DNA from: Lobosporangium transversale
Lineage: Eukaryota
Assembly: GCF_002105155.1 (NCBI RefSeq)
Contig: NW_019028979.1
Coordinates: 1,302,001-1,366,000, forward strand
DNA length: 64,000 nt
Direction of reading: 5' to 3'
Each line of letters opens with the position of its first letter. Position 1 is the stretch's first letter. The position numbers and the translations under genes were made by a program. The notes below the pieces were generated by a model, which was not told the DNA's origin, made no database searches, and saw only the letters and a list, made by a program, of their open reading frames with translations. Below, one piece after another: positions 13,548-25,762 of this stretch.

Positions 13548-15635
13548 ATGCCGCCACCACCAGTAATCCGCGTGTTTAGCTTGCCGGAGCTTGCAATTGT
13601 TATAGTACACTATTTGGACACGAAAGATGTTGTCGCTTGTTCGGCGGTATCCAAGGCTCTACATGGTGTCTTTGTACCTTTTGTATGGCAAGATCTTCAC
13701 TTTGGAAAAGACCGATACTCTAGAGCAATATATTCCATGGATAAAGGTCTAACACCATTAGCACGAAATCTTGGCTTCTGGTACAAACCCATAATTGGAT
13801 CAATAAGTCATTCTCCAAATAAACAGGAGCAAGCCCAAGGACAGCCACAAGAACAAAACCAAGAACAAAATCAAGGACTACAAAGAAAGAAGGAGAAAGA
13901 AGCTCAAGAGGCTCAAGAGGAACGCGGTCGTCAGGATTTCGAGTTATTAAGGTCTCTCCAGGAGAAGGCGCCATTAATTAAGTCAATATCAATTCGTGAT
14001 CAAGACTCCATCCTTCCATTCAAGTTGGGTAGTGTCTGCACACGTCTGGAGTCCATTACTTTGGATGGCCTTTCGCTTAAGAACGCAAAACACACGAAGG
14101 AACATTGGGATGCTTGCAAAACGATGGTGGCACGGAATCGCAACCATATCAAATCATTGCATCTGATACGATGGTTCGACAACTGGGAGAAGAAGCCGTT
14201 GTTCGGTCAGCCCGTATGGAATCCTATCTTGAGGTGCCGCGCTTCTTACAACTTACGGTCGCTAACACTGGAGAATACACGCATCTTAGGGCGGCACATG
14301 TCGGCATTTTGGGCCATATGCAAGAGACTGGAGACATTGAGGATAATCGAAGTCTGCTTAGACCTAACCCATCCACAAGCGACAGTCGGAAACACGGGTT
14401 TAAAGGGGGAGCCTAAGATCACAGAGAAGGTGGCGATAGCGGTAGCCTCGGAATCTTCTGAGATGGCTATATCTAGAAGAGCAACATCAGCACCGATATC
14501 AGCATCTGTTGTTGCTGCGGAGGCGAGGCTTCCTCTGCTCCGAACTCTTGTACTTCATGCGTTGCACCCACATACTTCAATGCGACAGCTGGAGCAAATC
14601 ATTGATCATTGCCCTGTCCTCGAAACACTGGACTGGAAGATAGCATGCTCTTCTCCCATCATACTCGCAGACTTCATTGTTGGTTTTGAAGAGAAGAGAT
14701 GGCCAGAGTTGGACTCGATTTGTATCACCAGCTATGGGGTTTCAATCTCGGAAAAAGCCTACCACAGACTCATTCAAGCAGCCACAGACAGAAAGAAATT
14801 TTTACGCCGACTCGATATGCCATATCATTTTGCTAAGCCTGAGACATTTACACTGATGCAACCCCACTATGCAACGCTCGAGTCTCTTGATATCAGTCGT
14901 TATACTTACCTCGATCCTTGTGGTGCGAGTGCCCAGGTGATTGAGATATTGACGCTCTGCCCCAATCTCCAAAGATTTCATGCCACGTTACTAAGGGGCC
15001 AAGATATTATCGAGTCTAAACCGTTTGTTTGTAAGAGCTTGAGAGACTTCAGACTGTTCATTGATATGGAGTTTCCAAATAATGGCTCTATCCGAAGGTT
15101 CTCCACAGATGAAATTCAACAATGTCGCGCTGTATTTAAAAGGCTATCAGTATTTAAAGATCTCCGCCAGCTGGATTTACTTCATACGTTTGATACAGTC
15201 TCTACAATCTTCAGACCTCCTTCTTCCAGTCGTTTGCATGCGAAATATCGGCTCGTTCCTTTGCCGTTCCGTATCAAGGCTGGACTTGATTTGTTGGCAG
15301 GATTGACAAGACTGGAGAGAGTTTGTTTCTGGGGCGGAAGACAAAAGGTTCACATGGAGGATATAGTTTGGATGGTGAAGCATTGGAAGGATCTCAAGTC
15401 GCTTATAGGGAGATGGCGGATTTTGTGGTGTGATAGGGTGCGTAGGAAGGATGATTTTTTTGTTGGAGGAAAGATCTATGCATACTTGAAGAAACATGGG
15501 ATCAGCACTTCTGGCAGTAACTTTAATACGTATTATTTCAACCCACTTGATGATATCGAATGTGTAGACTGCTATGAGTCGAGCGATGTAGAAGAAGAGA
15601 AAGTAGTAGAAGAAGCAAACTTAAAGTTAAAATAA
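13548..15635 (+). CDS. F-box / RNI-like LRR protein
   Basis: N-terminal F-box-like FSLPELAIVIVHYLDTKDVVACSAVSKALH, repeated CPxLxxL motifs, and a C-terminal GLDLLAGLTRLE...MVKHWKDL motif typical of this fungal family. Confidence 0.8.
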   Translation: MPPPPVIRVFSLPELAIVIVHYLDTKDVVACSAVSKALHGVFVPFVWQDLHFGKDRYSRAIYSMDKGLTPLARNLGFWYKPIIGSISHSPNKQEQAQGQPQEQNQEQNQGLQRKKEKEAQEAQEERGRQDFELLRSLQEKAPLIKSISIRDQDSILPFKLGSVCTRLESITLDGLSLKNAKHTKEHWDACKTMVARNRNHIKSLHLIRWFDNWEKKPLFGQPVWNPILRCRASYNLRSLTLENTRILGRHMSAFWAICKRLETLRIIEVCLDLTHPQATVGNTGLKGEPKITEKVAIAVASESSEMAISRRATSAPISASVVAAEARLPLLRTLVLHALHPHTSMRQLEQIIDHCPVLETLDWKIACSSPIILADFIVGFEEKRWPELDSICITSYGVSISEKAYHRLIQAATDRKKFLRRLDMPYHFAKPETFTLMQPHYATLESLDISRYTYLDPCGASAQVIEILTLCPNLQRFHATLLRGQDIIESKPFVCKSLRDFRLFIDMEFPNNGSIRRFSTDEIQQCRAVFKRLSVFKDLRQLDLLHTFDTVSTIFRPPSSSRLHAKYRLVPLPFRIKAGLDLLAGLTRLERVCFWGGRQKVHMEDIVWMVKHWKDLKSLIGRWRILWCDRVRRKDDFFVGGKIYAYLKKHGISTSGSNFNTYYFNPLDDIECVDCYESSDVEEEKVVEEANLKLK

Positions 15636-17647
15636 GATGACACTTTGTACGGAATACCCCTCCGGAATACTCTCGGTCGTCATGTTCAATAAGTCAATGA
15701 TAGGTATCGGGCTGTAGCTGCAACTAGTGCAGTTACTTTGTTATGTTCCTACCCTATAGCCCCCTTAAAAGGTTTGTCGTGTGGTAGCCCTCGGGAGCGC
15801 AGGAGTGTCCGTGCCATATTAAGTGGGCTACAACATTGTCAGGCTTGTGTGGAACGCTTAGTGCTATTAGTAGACTAAGTCTAATGCAGGTTGAGCGCAA
15901 GCAAATAAAGTCCTTGCATACTCAAAAGCACCTTTGCTCTACCTCTTCATCCCCCCGGCCCCCTTACCACTCACTTCCTCATTACTTCATTGCCTTATTA
16001 CCTCATTACCTCATTACTTCTTGGCAGCGCTTTCGCTCTTGAAAAGAAAAGAAAAAAAAATTCAATATATCTTATCTTCGCAATTGTTGCCCTTACTCTC
16101 CTAGAACGCACAAGAAATAAAGTTTGTGTTATTCAACAAAAATTTTTTACATGGATTTAGTAGTTCGAAATATTTCCGAGCCAACCCCATGACAATATTT
16201 GGTGGCAAATTTATGAACATCTTGCTCGCCCCACTCAGAGACAACACGAGTTCTCAGTCTGATCATTATCATTAGAGGTCCTTTAAGGATTGATGATACA
16301 AGAAACAATCAGTCTATTGGTGAACTATTGGGTATAAAAAGATTGACGATCTATTATCTCTTTAACCCCACAGCAAGTCTCCATTATAAAAATCACTGGC
16401 ACTTCATGGAGGCAAGCTAAGGGTGCCCACAAACACAGGACATGCTCGAAGTATGGGCCTATAGGCGGCCACCAGATTGCTATGAGTACACCGGAGCATG
16501 TTCTCACAGACGGTTTTCTTTTGGGGCAGATCTTCAGCTTTCAAAAGTGATATATCCTCACAATGATAAAAATAACGCTTAAAACAGCAGCTCGAATAGA
16601 TGAAGCCTATTGAACACCGTGTAGTGTTCGTCCATGATATCATTACCAGCATGTGTTTCCCCTATACTTCCTTCAGTTCCTTCGAACTCGTCTTTTCGCA
16701 CTCGAAAAGTAGCCCACAGCGGCCAAGCTTACTTTGACCACGATATGGTCGGAGAGGGAAAACAGTTCTCGTGCCTGCTGGTCCAGGTTTGGTTTCAAAA
16801 GAGGCCTGGAAAGGTTCTTGTTTACACAGCTCATCTCTGACAACAACAATTGGAAGGCAAATCCCTTCCCTTGTGTCAGCTATAATGTTTTTTTGCCTTC
16901 ATGGCTAGAAGATGCCAATGCGCAAAAGCCACGTGCAGATCAAGAATTCCACTCCTTGTCATTCCAAAGGTAATAAATAAACTTTTTTTTTTTTTTTTTG
17001 CAAATCTGTACGAAAATGTTTAGGGCGATGTCTAGCTTCCTTGCAGCTCCTGCAGAAAGGGAAAGAAAGAATCTTTCAGTATCAAGCCCATGCTCACATA
17101 CAGCAACATCTGCATACTTCAATGAGAAGAATAGAAATAAGGAAAGGAAGGAAACCTATTACAACCAATTGCGGCGGGATGAAATATTCTAAACGAGAGA
17201 GTACATGAACTCATCCTTGCCTTGAATCCTATGCAATGCAACATAAAATATACTTGCTTCTTTGCTCAAACATGGACATGTACAGAGCTGCACTGTTACG
17301 AGGTGAAGAATGGATCGAAGCATGCCGAAATATACCTATTTGTTTATAAATACATCTACTATATAGATACAATTAATCTTCTTCTCAATGCATGAATCAA
17401 TACATTTAACTATTATTTATTTATTTTATTATAAACATGGGCAAGAGTAGCAACTATCTCCGAACCATCTCTTCTCTCTTTCTTCTTTTTTTTACTCCAA
17501 TCTCCAAGCTGCCCATGTATGATGCCATATACATGTATTCTTCTTTCTCCCGTGGGTCGGTCTTTTTTTATGCTTTTATTCATGCACTTTGCATCTTCAA
17601 AAAGGCAATTAATGGAACCAAGGTTGGGCAATATTCATTTTTATTTT

Positions 17648-19420
17648 TTACAATCCCATCCAATGTATTTCCTCCAACGTCAACTGCTGTGGCAACCCCT
17701 GATCAGTTAGCATGGTTCTAATGGCCTGTGACACAGACTTGTCCCACATCAGTGTCAGCTGTTTGAGGGCTAATTGAGCCCGAAGCATTTGGTACAATGT
17801 CCCGAATTGCATGAATGTTGTCTGGCGTACATCCCCACGCGCCTCTCCTGTGCTCATACTTATATCCATATCTATTCCGCTACCAAAGAGGAGTCCTTGC
17901 CCTTGATTTTGGCTTTGACTAACGGAGAATATAGAAGACATATACCCATTAGTTACTACAGGATCCATGGCTCGGAGTGAAGGTTGATCGATCCAAAGTG
18001 TTAAAGATTCAAGGTTCCTGCACGCCCAATGTGTTGTCGATATTGATGCTGATGTTGATACTGATGCTGATTTTGAATCTAATACCACTCTTGCGCTTGG
18101 GGTTGCATTTGTGACTGATCCAATGGTTACCGCAGTCGTTGTTGTCATCGTCCTTTCCATTGACGAAACCTCTTGCTTAGATTTACTCTGATCCTTGTCT
18201 TTGACCATTTCCGGAGACATTTCAGCATTATTGCCACTGCTTCTTCTGCGAACAAGCTCACTGAGTGCAACATAGTCTCCTTGGACCTCCAGCTCCTTCA
18301 AATTGGGACACTGTTCCAGCACCGTAACCACACCTGACGTCCAATGGCCCATTCTCCCCCGAAATTTCAATGTCACGATCGTGTGGGTGGAACGGCATAG
18401 TAGTGCCTCAATCAGCGCTCCAGGGTTTGTTCTAGTTGACTCTGTGATAGCCAGATCGCCCCGATAATCTCCTACACAATCCAAAACCATTTCACGTAAC
18501 TTGTTATTACTGCTACACTGAACCAATGGGAGAATACTACTAACACCAACGCCGTATCCTAAATCGTGATGGAATGTGTGTAGCATTGGACAACAATTGA
18601 TCACAACAGGCAATAAAGCCCCATAGGCTCCAGAGCTGAGTTGCGGAAGTTTTAGCATCTCGAGTGATGGACATTGTCTTAATAAAGGTGCCAGGACAAT
18701 GTTGTCGTATTCAAACAAAGACTCGTGGAAGAACAATCTTCGAAGGGCTGTTGGCTGAGATAGCTCCATTGGGCTGGGTTCTTCGTCAGTCTTATTATAG
18801 ATGTCGAGCCATATCTCGAGCTCTTCTAGATTGGGCGGGCAATGGGTCAGAACTGCGATCAGAGCGCGAATATCCATCCGCATATTGATCGACAGCCTTC
18901 TTAAGGATGTATGAACTGAAAGGGTTTTGACAACTTCATCTGTGAACGGTTGAAGATAAATTCGATCTATTAAATGCTCGATCCGAAGTGTCTGTAGCCC
19001 AGGGTTCCTTGCAACTAACGAGAGCGCGTTTAGGGATGGATCAAGACGAACCCAGAGTGGATCGTATGATTGGTACCATTGACGACGAGTAGCCTCATCT
19101 TTCGGTGGCCAGGCCAAGGATCCGAGGTTGAGACACGAGAGCGTTTTTAAAAGCGTGCAGCCAGAGCTGTGGACAAGGAGTCGTGCATCAGCGAGGTCAA
19201 TTGTTAGGTTTCGGATTCGATGTGTGTTTTCAAGGATACTGGATGTTTGAACTGAGTCGAGGCTGTAGGCCATCACATCCCGAAAGCGATGTGGTCCAAA
19301 AATAAGACTCCATAGCTTGCTGACTCGATAGCATTGCCAAATGTCCTTTGGCTGCAGCAGCTCAACAATAGTAGCGATGATCAATGAGTTGTCAAAGATC
19401 GAAGGATGTGGGGCAACCAT
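17648..19420 (-). CDS. F-box / RNI-like LRR protein
   Basis: SIFDNSLIIATIVELLQPKDIWQCYRVSKLW is F-box-like. LRR motifs include CPSLEML, CPNLKEL and WACRNLESL. Confidence 0.8.
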   Translation of the reverse strand: MVAPHPSIFDNSLIIATIVELLQPKDIWQCYRVSKLWSLIFGPHRFRDVMAYSLDSVQTSSILENTHRIRNLTIDLADARLLVHSSGCTLLKTLSCLNLGSLAWPPKDEATRRQWYQSYDPLWVRLDPSLNALSLVARNPGLQTLRIEHLIDRIYLQPFTDEVVKTLSVHTSLRRLSINMRMDIRALIAVLTHCPPNLEELEIWLDIYNKTDEEPSPMELSQPTALRRLFFHESLFEYDNIVLAPLLRQCPSLEMLKLPQLSSGAYGALLPVVINCCPMLHTFHHDLGYGVGVSSILPLVQCSSNNKLREMVLDCVGDYRGDLAITESTRTNPGALIEALLCRSTHTIVTLKFRGRMGHWTSGVVTVLEQCPNLKELEVQGDYVALSELVRRRSSGNNAEMSPEMVKDKDQSKSKQEVSSMERTMTTTTAVTIGSVTNATPSARVVLDSKSASVSTSASISTTHWACRNLESLTLWIDQPSLRAMDPVVTNGYMSSIFSVSQSQNQGQGLLFGSGIDMDISMSTGEARGDVRQTTFMQFGTLYQMLRAQLALKQLTLMWDKSVSQAIRTMLTDQGLPQQLTLEEIHWMGL

Positions 19421-19631
19421 AGATTAAGGGAGAGGAGGTTAAAAAAATAAAAAATAAATAAAAAAAATAAGGATGCTAGTATCGTGAAGGAATTTGAAAG
19501 TGCGAGTAAGTGTATTTGGGGGTGTATGGCGTGGGATGAAAAAAAAAAAAAAAAAAAAAAAAGGAAGGAAAGAGTTGAGTGCTGTGTACTTCTCTATTTC
19601 GAATAATAAAGTGTAGAGTGTGGGAATCAAC

Positions 19632-19669
<38 letters not shown>

Positions 19670-21025
19670 GGATTAAAAGTGAGTGAAAGAAAAAGAGAGA
19701 GGAAGAGAGAGAGAAATGAAAAATAAAATAAAGGTTGTAGCACAGACCGTTGGTGATATTGGCTTTGGAAGCATTGGTCGCATTGGTCGCATTAGCGAAA
19801 ATGGCAGTATCGACAGCATAGAGCATTGGCAGCAATGAAAAAACGAACAAACAACTGATGCATGTGTACACCTCTTGTTCCTTTGTTATTTTTTTTTTTT
19901 TTTTTTTTATTGTCCCAATTGGTTTGTCGATTGAGGTGCTCCACGAGCGTCATTCTGCAGAGTACATTATATTTTGCCATGTACAACATTCAGGCATCGC
20001 TCAGCGTACAATCCTCTTCCTGCCCTCTTTATTATTTTCTTTATTTTTTATTTTTTTACTCTTCCTCCCACACCTTGCTCTTACTCCGCTTACCAACGAT
20101 TTCTTTAGAATTCTTTTCTTTGCCATTCCTTGTTTGTTTGTGTTTGCACCAAGAGTTGGAGATAAAAGATGAAGAGGATTAGCAGTAAGGAAGTGTACCT
20201 TGTGCTCAAATGGAACCTTGTTAAATGAATTAATTTAGTAAAAATAAAATACATAAAAATGTACTGTCTGTATTCCGTAACTGTGACAATGTCTCAATAA
20301 AACAATGCATGTATCCTCATTTTAAGAGATCATGAGCGAATGAATCTTCTCAGCACTCATCAGATCTTTTTTCTTAACCTTCCTTTTCAAAGTACACTTT
20401 CTACATGTTGAAATGCATAAAAGCCAAAGTTTACTTGTTATTGTATTCTTATTATTATAATATTGCAATTTTTTTTTTCTCCTTGTCTCCCAATGGGAAT
20501 GAGTTTTTTTTTCATTTTTTTCGGCGTGGCAAACATGCAAATAAAACACAGCAAATGGTAAAATAGTCCTAAGATGAACTGATTGAAATCCTCAAAACTC
20601 TTTTTTTTTTTTTTTTTTTGATAAAATTTTTTTATTATTCCCAAGGACCCACCCGCTCTTTCGTGTCCATTAATGGGAAAGTTTCTGTGGGCAAACGTTA
20701 ATTTCTCTGGGCGCAAGAGCAGGGGCAAGGCAACCGGCATGTGGGCGCATGATGTTTGTGTACTGTTGATTATATTTAATCTTTTACACCATCCAACATT
20801 TCAACATATACAATGGACACTTGGAATGTGGGCATTAACATATGTATATAATATATATTGTAATTATTACTCTCTAGATCCCCTTTAACCAGATCTATCT
20901 GACCAATCTTATAACTTAGTTGATCTTGGTTAGCTCGTAGGGTCAACGGAATGTCCGGTCCGGTATTTGATTCATAAAATATATTTGGCATAAAGCTATG
21001 AACAAATTTATTAAAATACAGTATA

Positions 21026-21056
<31 letters not shown>

Positions 21057-21059
21057 GGT

Positions 21060-22055
21060 CTAAACATCCTTTGGAGGAACGGGTAGAGGTGTCCATCGTG
21101 CGCCAATGCTGCTGCCTTCTGGAGAGGGCGCTACATGATGTTGATAAACTTGCTGTTGTTGTTGCTGTGCAGTCTGCCATTGTCCCGGGCCCTGTCCCCG
21201 ACCTCTCTGGTCATCAGAAGCCGCCGGCGGCTTCCACTCCATGGCCTCATAAAGCTCTCGATTGTCGCCATACTTTTGTCGTTGCAATTGTAAATGCTGC
21301 ATCTGTGCATAAGAGAATGATCCTGGTGTAGGCATTATTGCTGGTAATGATGGTTGTGAGTCCCGTCGCTGCTCGGTCATCTCTATCCGTTCTTCTCCGC
21401 CAATGTCATCATTTTGTACGTCCCTTGATGACTGAGATGGCCGTGCCGAGGGCCTGTTTGAGATAGGCCGGGGACGAGGTCGATACGCGTAATGGTTATA
21501 ATCAATACCCTCATCCTGGGTTTCTGTATCCCAAGCAATTGCTGATAAATCAATTCCATTCTCCTGGTTATTTTGATGCTGCTGTTGCTCCAATACATTA
21601 TGGTCACGCAAGGGTGCTGTCGTACCAGGAGATTTAGCTAATTTATATAACCTCACAATCCTAGTTATCATATAAAAAAAAAGATGGCAAAAAGTTTAAA
21701 TACAGGATCATTGAGGTGTAATAACTGTTTTTTTTTTTTTTTTTTTTTTACCTGACGTTCAGATTCCGCTGGCAATACGTATGTAAATGCTCATCCTTGC
21801 GTAATGAGACCAATTTCCCCATGCGGACCAAAACTAGGATAACAAGCGCTCCCAGGAACTGAACAAGATTGCAGACCTGAAGCATGATATTCAAAGCCAA
21901 GGCGAAATGTGTGATGCCGCTCAATTCTGGAAGATTCAATGTCGGCGTCTCGCCTCGGTCTTTCAGTGATTGTTGGTATCCGACCTGGACAAGAATAGTA
22001 CAATTGATAACAAGGCGAGGGAGGTCGCATAGAAGATGCTGCATCCAGTCTACAT

Positions 22056-22089
<34 letters not shown>

Positions 22090-22776
22090 TTTTTTGTTCA
22101 TCCATGGACAAATATAAAAAAAAATTGATCGTAATTTCGGTTACATTTTTTGTATTACAAAACATTTAATCATCTCTAGCATTTCAACCCAGACATTCCT
22201 TTGCATTTTTTTCCCCCTTTGCTTCCTTCGCTTGATTTGCTTACCTCGCAATGTGAACCATGCAAAAAAAACGACGGCATCCAATAGTCCATATCCTTGT
22301 CCAATTCTTTCAAAAAACATGAATCTCTCATGGTTGGTCAAGCAAACCCATCGATAGGCTTCTCTGCTCACGAAAATAGCTTGAATATGCCCTTTCTTGA
22401 GTACCTGGCTAGCTCTCCATCCGCCAAAGAGCATGATTGCTATAGATCCTGTCGTCGCTAAAGCATAGATCACCAAACCTGAGCTATTTCCTTTCCCAAT
22501 TGAAGCCTTTACCCATCCAGATAAGAAGACCAAAGAAAAACAGTCCAGTAATAGTGCGAGCAAAGGCTTGAATAATAAAGATGCAAAAAGATATTGCTTG
22601 ATGGTGCTGTGCTTTTGCGGGTTAGCGATAGAGCCCAGATCCAGCTCCTTGGAGAACGTTGGGACTGTAACTGCCACTGACTGAAGAAGTAGTGAGCCGA
22701 CACGTTTAGGTCCTGTGGTAGAGCTATAAAACTGTGAAGTCTCAGTGGGAGGCGGCTGTGGTAGCGGCTGTTCCAT
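21060..22776 (-). CDS. Kch1/Prm6-like fungal potassium transporter (KCH family); 3 exons (22776-22245, 22049-21752, 21660-21060)
   Basis: TM segments plus AYRWVCL...FMFFERI...DAVVFFAWFTLR|DWMQHLLCDLPRLVIN resemble the KCH family signature. Two GT..AG introns keep the frame. Confidence 0.65.
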
Positions 22777-24234
22777 TGTAAAGTTGCAAATGTGTTGGCA
22801 GGCACAAGTTGATTGCGACAAGAATGAAAGTAAAGAAGGGTTGTAAGGAAAGTGATGGTCAAGATGTAATATAAATAAGAATCAGGAGTAGGCTGACCAC
22901 GCGGGTTTGTGCGCAATGACGAAAGGGGAGCTGCAGGAGATTACGCACAACAGAATGAATAACAATGAGTTTGGACAGTAAAAATGCAGCGAATCCTCTC
23001 AGTGCACGCTTTGGGAGCGCTTTTGGGACCACGTGATAAATTTTTGTGTAACAAAGAAAAAGCAAAAGCAAAAAGCGCTGTTGAAAAAAAAGCCAGGAAG
23101 TGAAGAATCTTTCAAGACCCCATTTGCAGAACTGAGGATAATTTTTTTACAGCGCTTTTACTTTTGCTTTTTCTTTGTTACAGCATCTCCCTTAACTGTG
23201 TACAATAAAAACTATCTACATGGGCCCAAAAGCGCCCCCAAAAGCGTGCACTGAGAGGAGCTTTAAATAACCTAGGAAAAGTACGAGCAAAAAAAATAAA
23301 ATAAATGTAAAGCGAGAGTAAAGGGTAAAAATGGAGATCTTGAAAAATGGCTGAGGGATCCGAGTGTGATAGTTCAGTATGCTTGTATTTAATCATTTCG
23401 TTCATTGTACGCAGATGATCACAGCCGCACCTTTTCTTTTATGTTTATATGTTTACCAGTTAAAAGATTTTTTTCTGTGCACAGCACTTTCTGTCCACAC
23501 CACACTGCCACCATTTTTGAGTGTCTTACATGTACTTTTTGCAAATCATTTTTGTGTGCCAAATTATATTTATTATTCGCTTTATTGTCCAAAAATTCCA
23601 CAGCACAACCTGAATCTCTGATCTCTTGCTTCCATTTTCTTTTGGACCTTTGCTTTCGTTGCTTTCATTTATTATCCCTATATATTTTTTATATTGTCAT
23701 GGTCGCTACACGTTCCACACGTTCGCCGTCATTATTGCCATTATTACTGCTATTTTCTTTTATAGTTGCCTAAAGGAAATGACTTCGCCCAAGATTGTAA
23801 GACAGTAACAAGGGTCAAGTGCAAACCTAAAATGGAAAGAGTGAGACATTATCAGACCTCTATTAAAGTTGAAGGTCTCTTTCTCTCACCTTCTTTCATT
23901 CACTGTAATATCTTTCGTCCTCAATCCTTTCAGCACCGAACATTGATTGCAGCATAAACTCTACATGTAGCCTGTGCAACAGCGATAAAAGAACGCACAC
24001 GGATCTGCCGTCAAATACAAAGCTAATTTTATTTATTACCCTCCATGTTGTTACTGATAGCGCCCCTAGAACAAGGACATGCAGTATTTTCGATGACTCA
24101 AGATACGACCGACCCACCTTACTCTTGCTTGAGAATCTTTTTAATTTCTCTCCGATTCAACTGCACTTTTCCTTCTCAATTTCAAGTTATTTGCTAATTC
24201 AGGTTCATGCTCTCTCTCTTGCTTTTAAATTTAG

Positions 24235-25638
24235 ATGACGGATCCAATTCAACATCTCGGCAATGTCTCATTGTGGAAAACGTTGCGAATCCAAATCCAG
24301 TCTCAAAAATCACAAGAGAGATTATCATAACCATTGTAACGTTGTATTCATAAACTCGCAAGGTGTTGAGGAGAAACTCAATCTCGAGAGAAAAGAAAAC
24401 AAGTAGACTTGTCCTTTTTGTCCAGCAGAATTTGTTCCAGGAAGAGGTGCTAAATACCACGTCGGAAAGAGGCTGTGTCCAAACCTTAGACTCAATGAAC
24501 TTTTATCAACGTCCTGCACCGAATTAACTGCGTGTGATTTGCTCATCCCTTCCAACTGTGACCTTTTACCAACATCCACCAGTGCCGAATTACCTTGCAT
24601 TATTTGCCTCATAAAGCAGAGATATTTCCTCAAAAGAGAGGGTTTGAGGAATTAGTTCTAAGCGCCTGTCGTCAAGTTGAAAGCACAAGCCGCGATAAAA
24701 GGCGAACTCTCTTTACTGTAGAGGATCTTAATCTTTCGCCAGTCAGTCTTAGATGAATCACTGGGTTCGACTACAATCTCCTTTCTCACAAAACAATTTA
24801 CGAAAAGCTTCCTGCAGACAGTCCGTTCCATGTTACAATTGATTCAACACTGCAACCAAAGAGCCTTCAAGAAGGTCGATGTACTAAATGTTGCCCCATT
24901 CCATGTGCAGGCTTGGAGAGCTTAATTGATACATCGCCTTATTCAACACTACTTCGTGGGATTATTTTCATGGAACTGAACGAAGGCATTTGCAACATCC
25001 TTAATGAAGACTGGTTAACCCGGCCTGAGCTAAAGTATTTCTGTGCGAAAACTTTTGTAGGCTGCATTATGCTTAATTCAACCAATGGGTATTCCGCCTT
25101 ATTCAATTGTGTGGAACCATATGGACGAAAACAATCAATTGACGCCCACAAAGAGCCATTTCTCTTATCAAATGGCAATGCTCTTCAAACCTCAATTCCT
25201 CCCTTTGAAACAAGGCATATTGATCTGTGGCCGACAACAATTCCATGCAAGAAAGGCGACAGGTTAGTTATAGGGACGCAGGCATTTAATGTATTAATAA
25301 CGTCATCGGCTCGATTGGATATCAAGGAGCCGCCTTCGCTTGGTGGAGTAACCACGTCATTTACACTGAAAGAAAGTAAATTATCCAGAAATACAAAGAT
25401 TTTTCTTGACAGCGATTCTGTAATTGAGGCCTTTAAGATAATTAACAGCAAGGAAGTGTATCGAAACGCCAGAGGAAATGAACTGGAGCAGATGCGACAG
25501 GTGCGCAGCAAGTTCGACCATTGTTCTCCATATTTCTTGTGTAGAGCGGCAAGTAATATTGCCAAGAGCCATTTAATGCAACCGTATTCAGTTTTTACGC
25601 TTGTGGGGCATTTTAGTCGTGAAAAAGGGCAAAAGTGA
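24235..25638 (+). pseudogene. Disrupted C2H2 zinc-finger gene; the 3' part survives as ORF 24913-25638
   Basis: QC(x)HCGKRCESKSSLKNHKRDYH carries a frameshift at ~24267. An in-frame TAG at 24404-24406 precedes TCPFCPAEF...YHVGKRLC, and further frameshifts and stops follow. Confidence 0.6.
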
Positions 25639-25762
25639 AGGTGAGAATGAAACTAAAAAAGTTCTGACATTTATGAGACTCCGCTTGGCACAGCTAAAAC
25701 TATCGACAAACACTTCTCTTTTGTCACTCGTGGCTTTAAAATATGAAAAAGAGCTACTTTAA

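Noticed and set aside
15975..16020. CCTCATTA-type tandem repeat (also TTTCTATA at 122-149, GGA at 1717-1740, hexamers at 63657-63860)
   Set aside because: Ordinary micro- or minisatellites.
16150..16975. Possible degraded gene fragments
   Set aside because: Multiple stops in all frames and no family that I can name.
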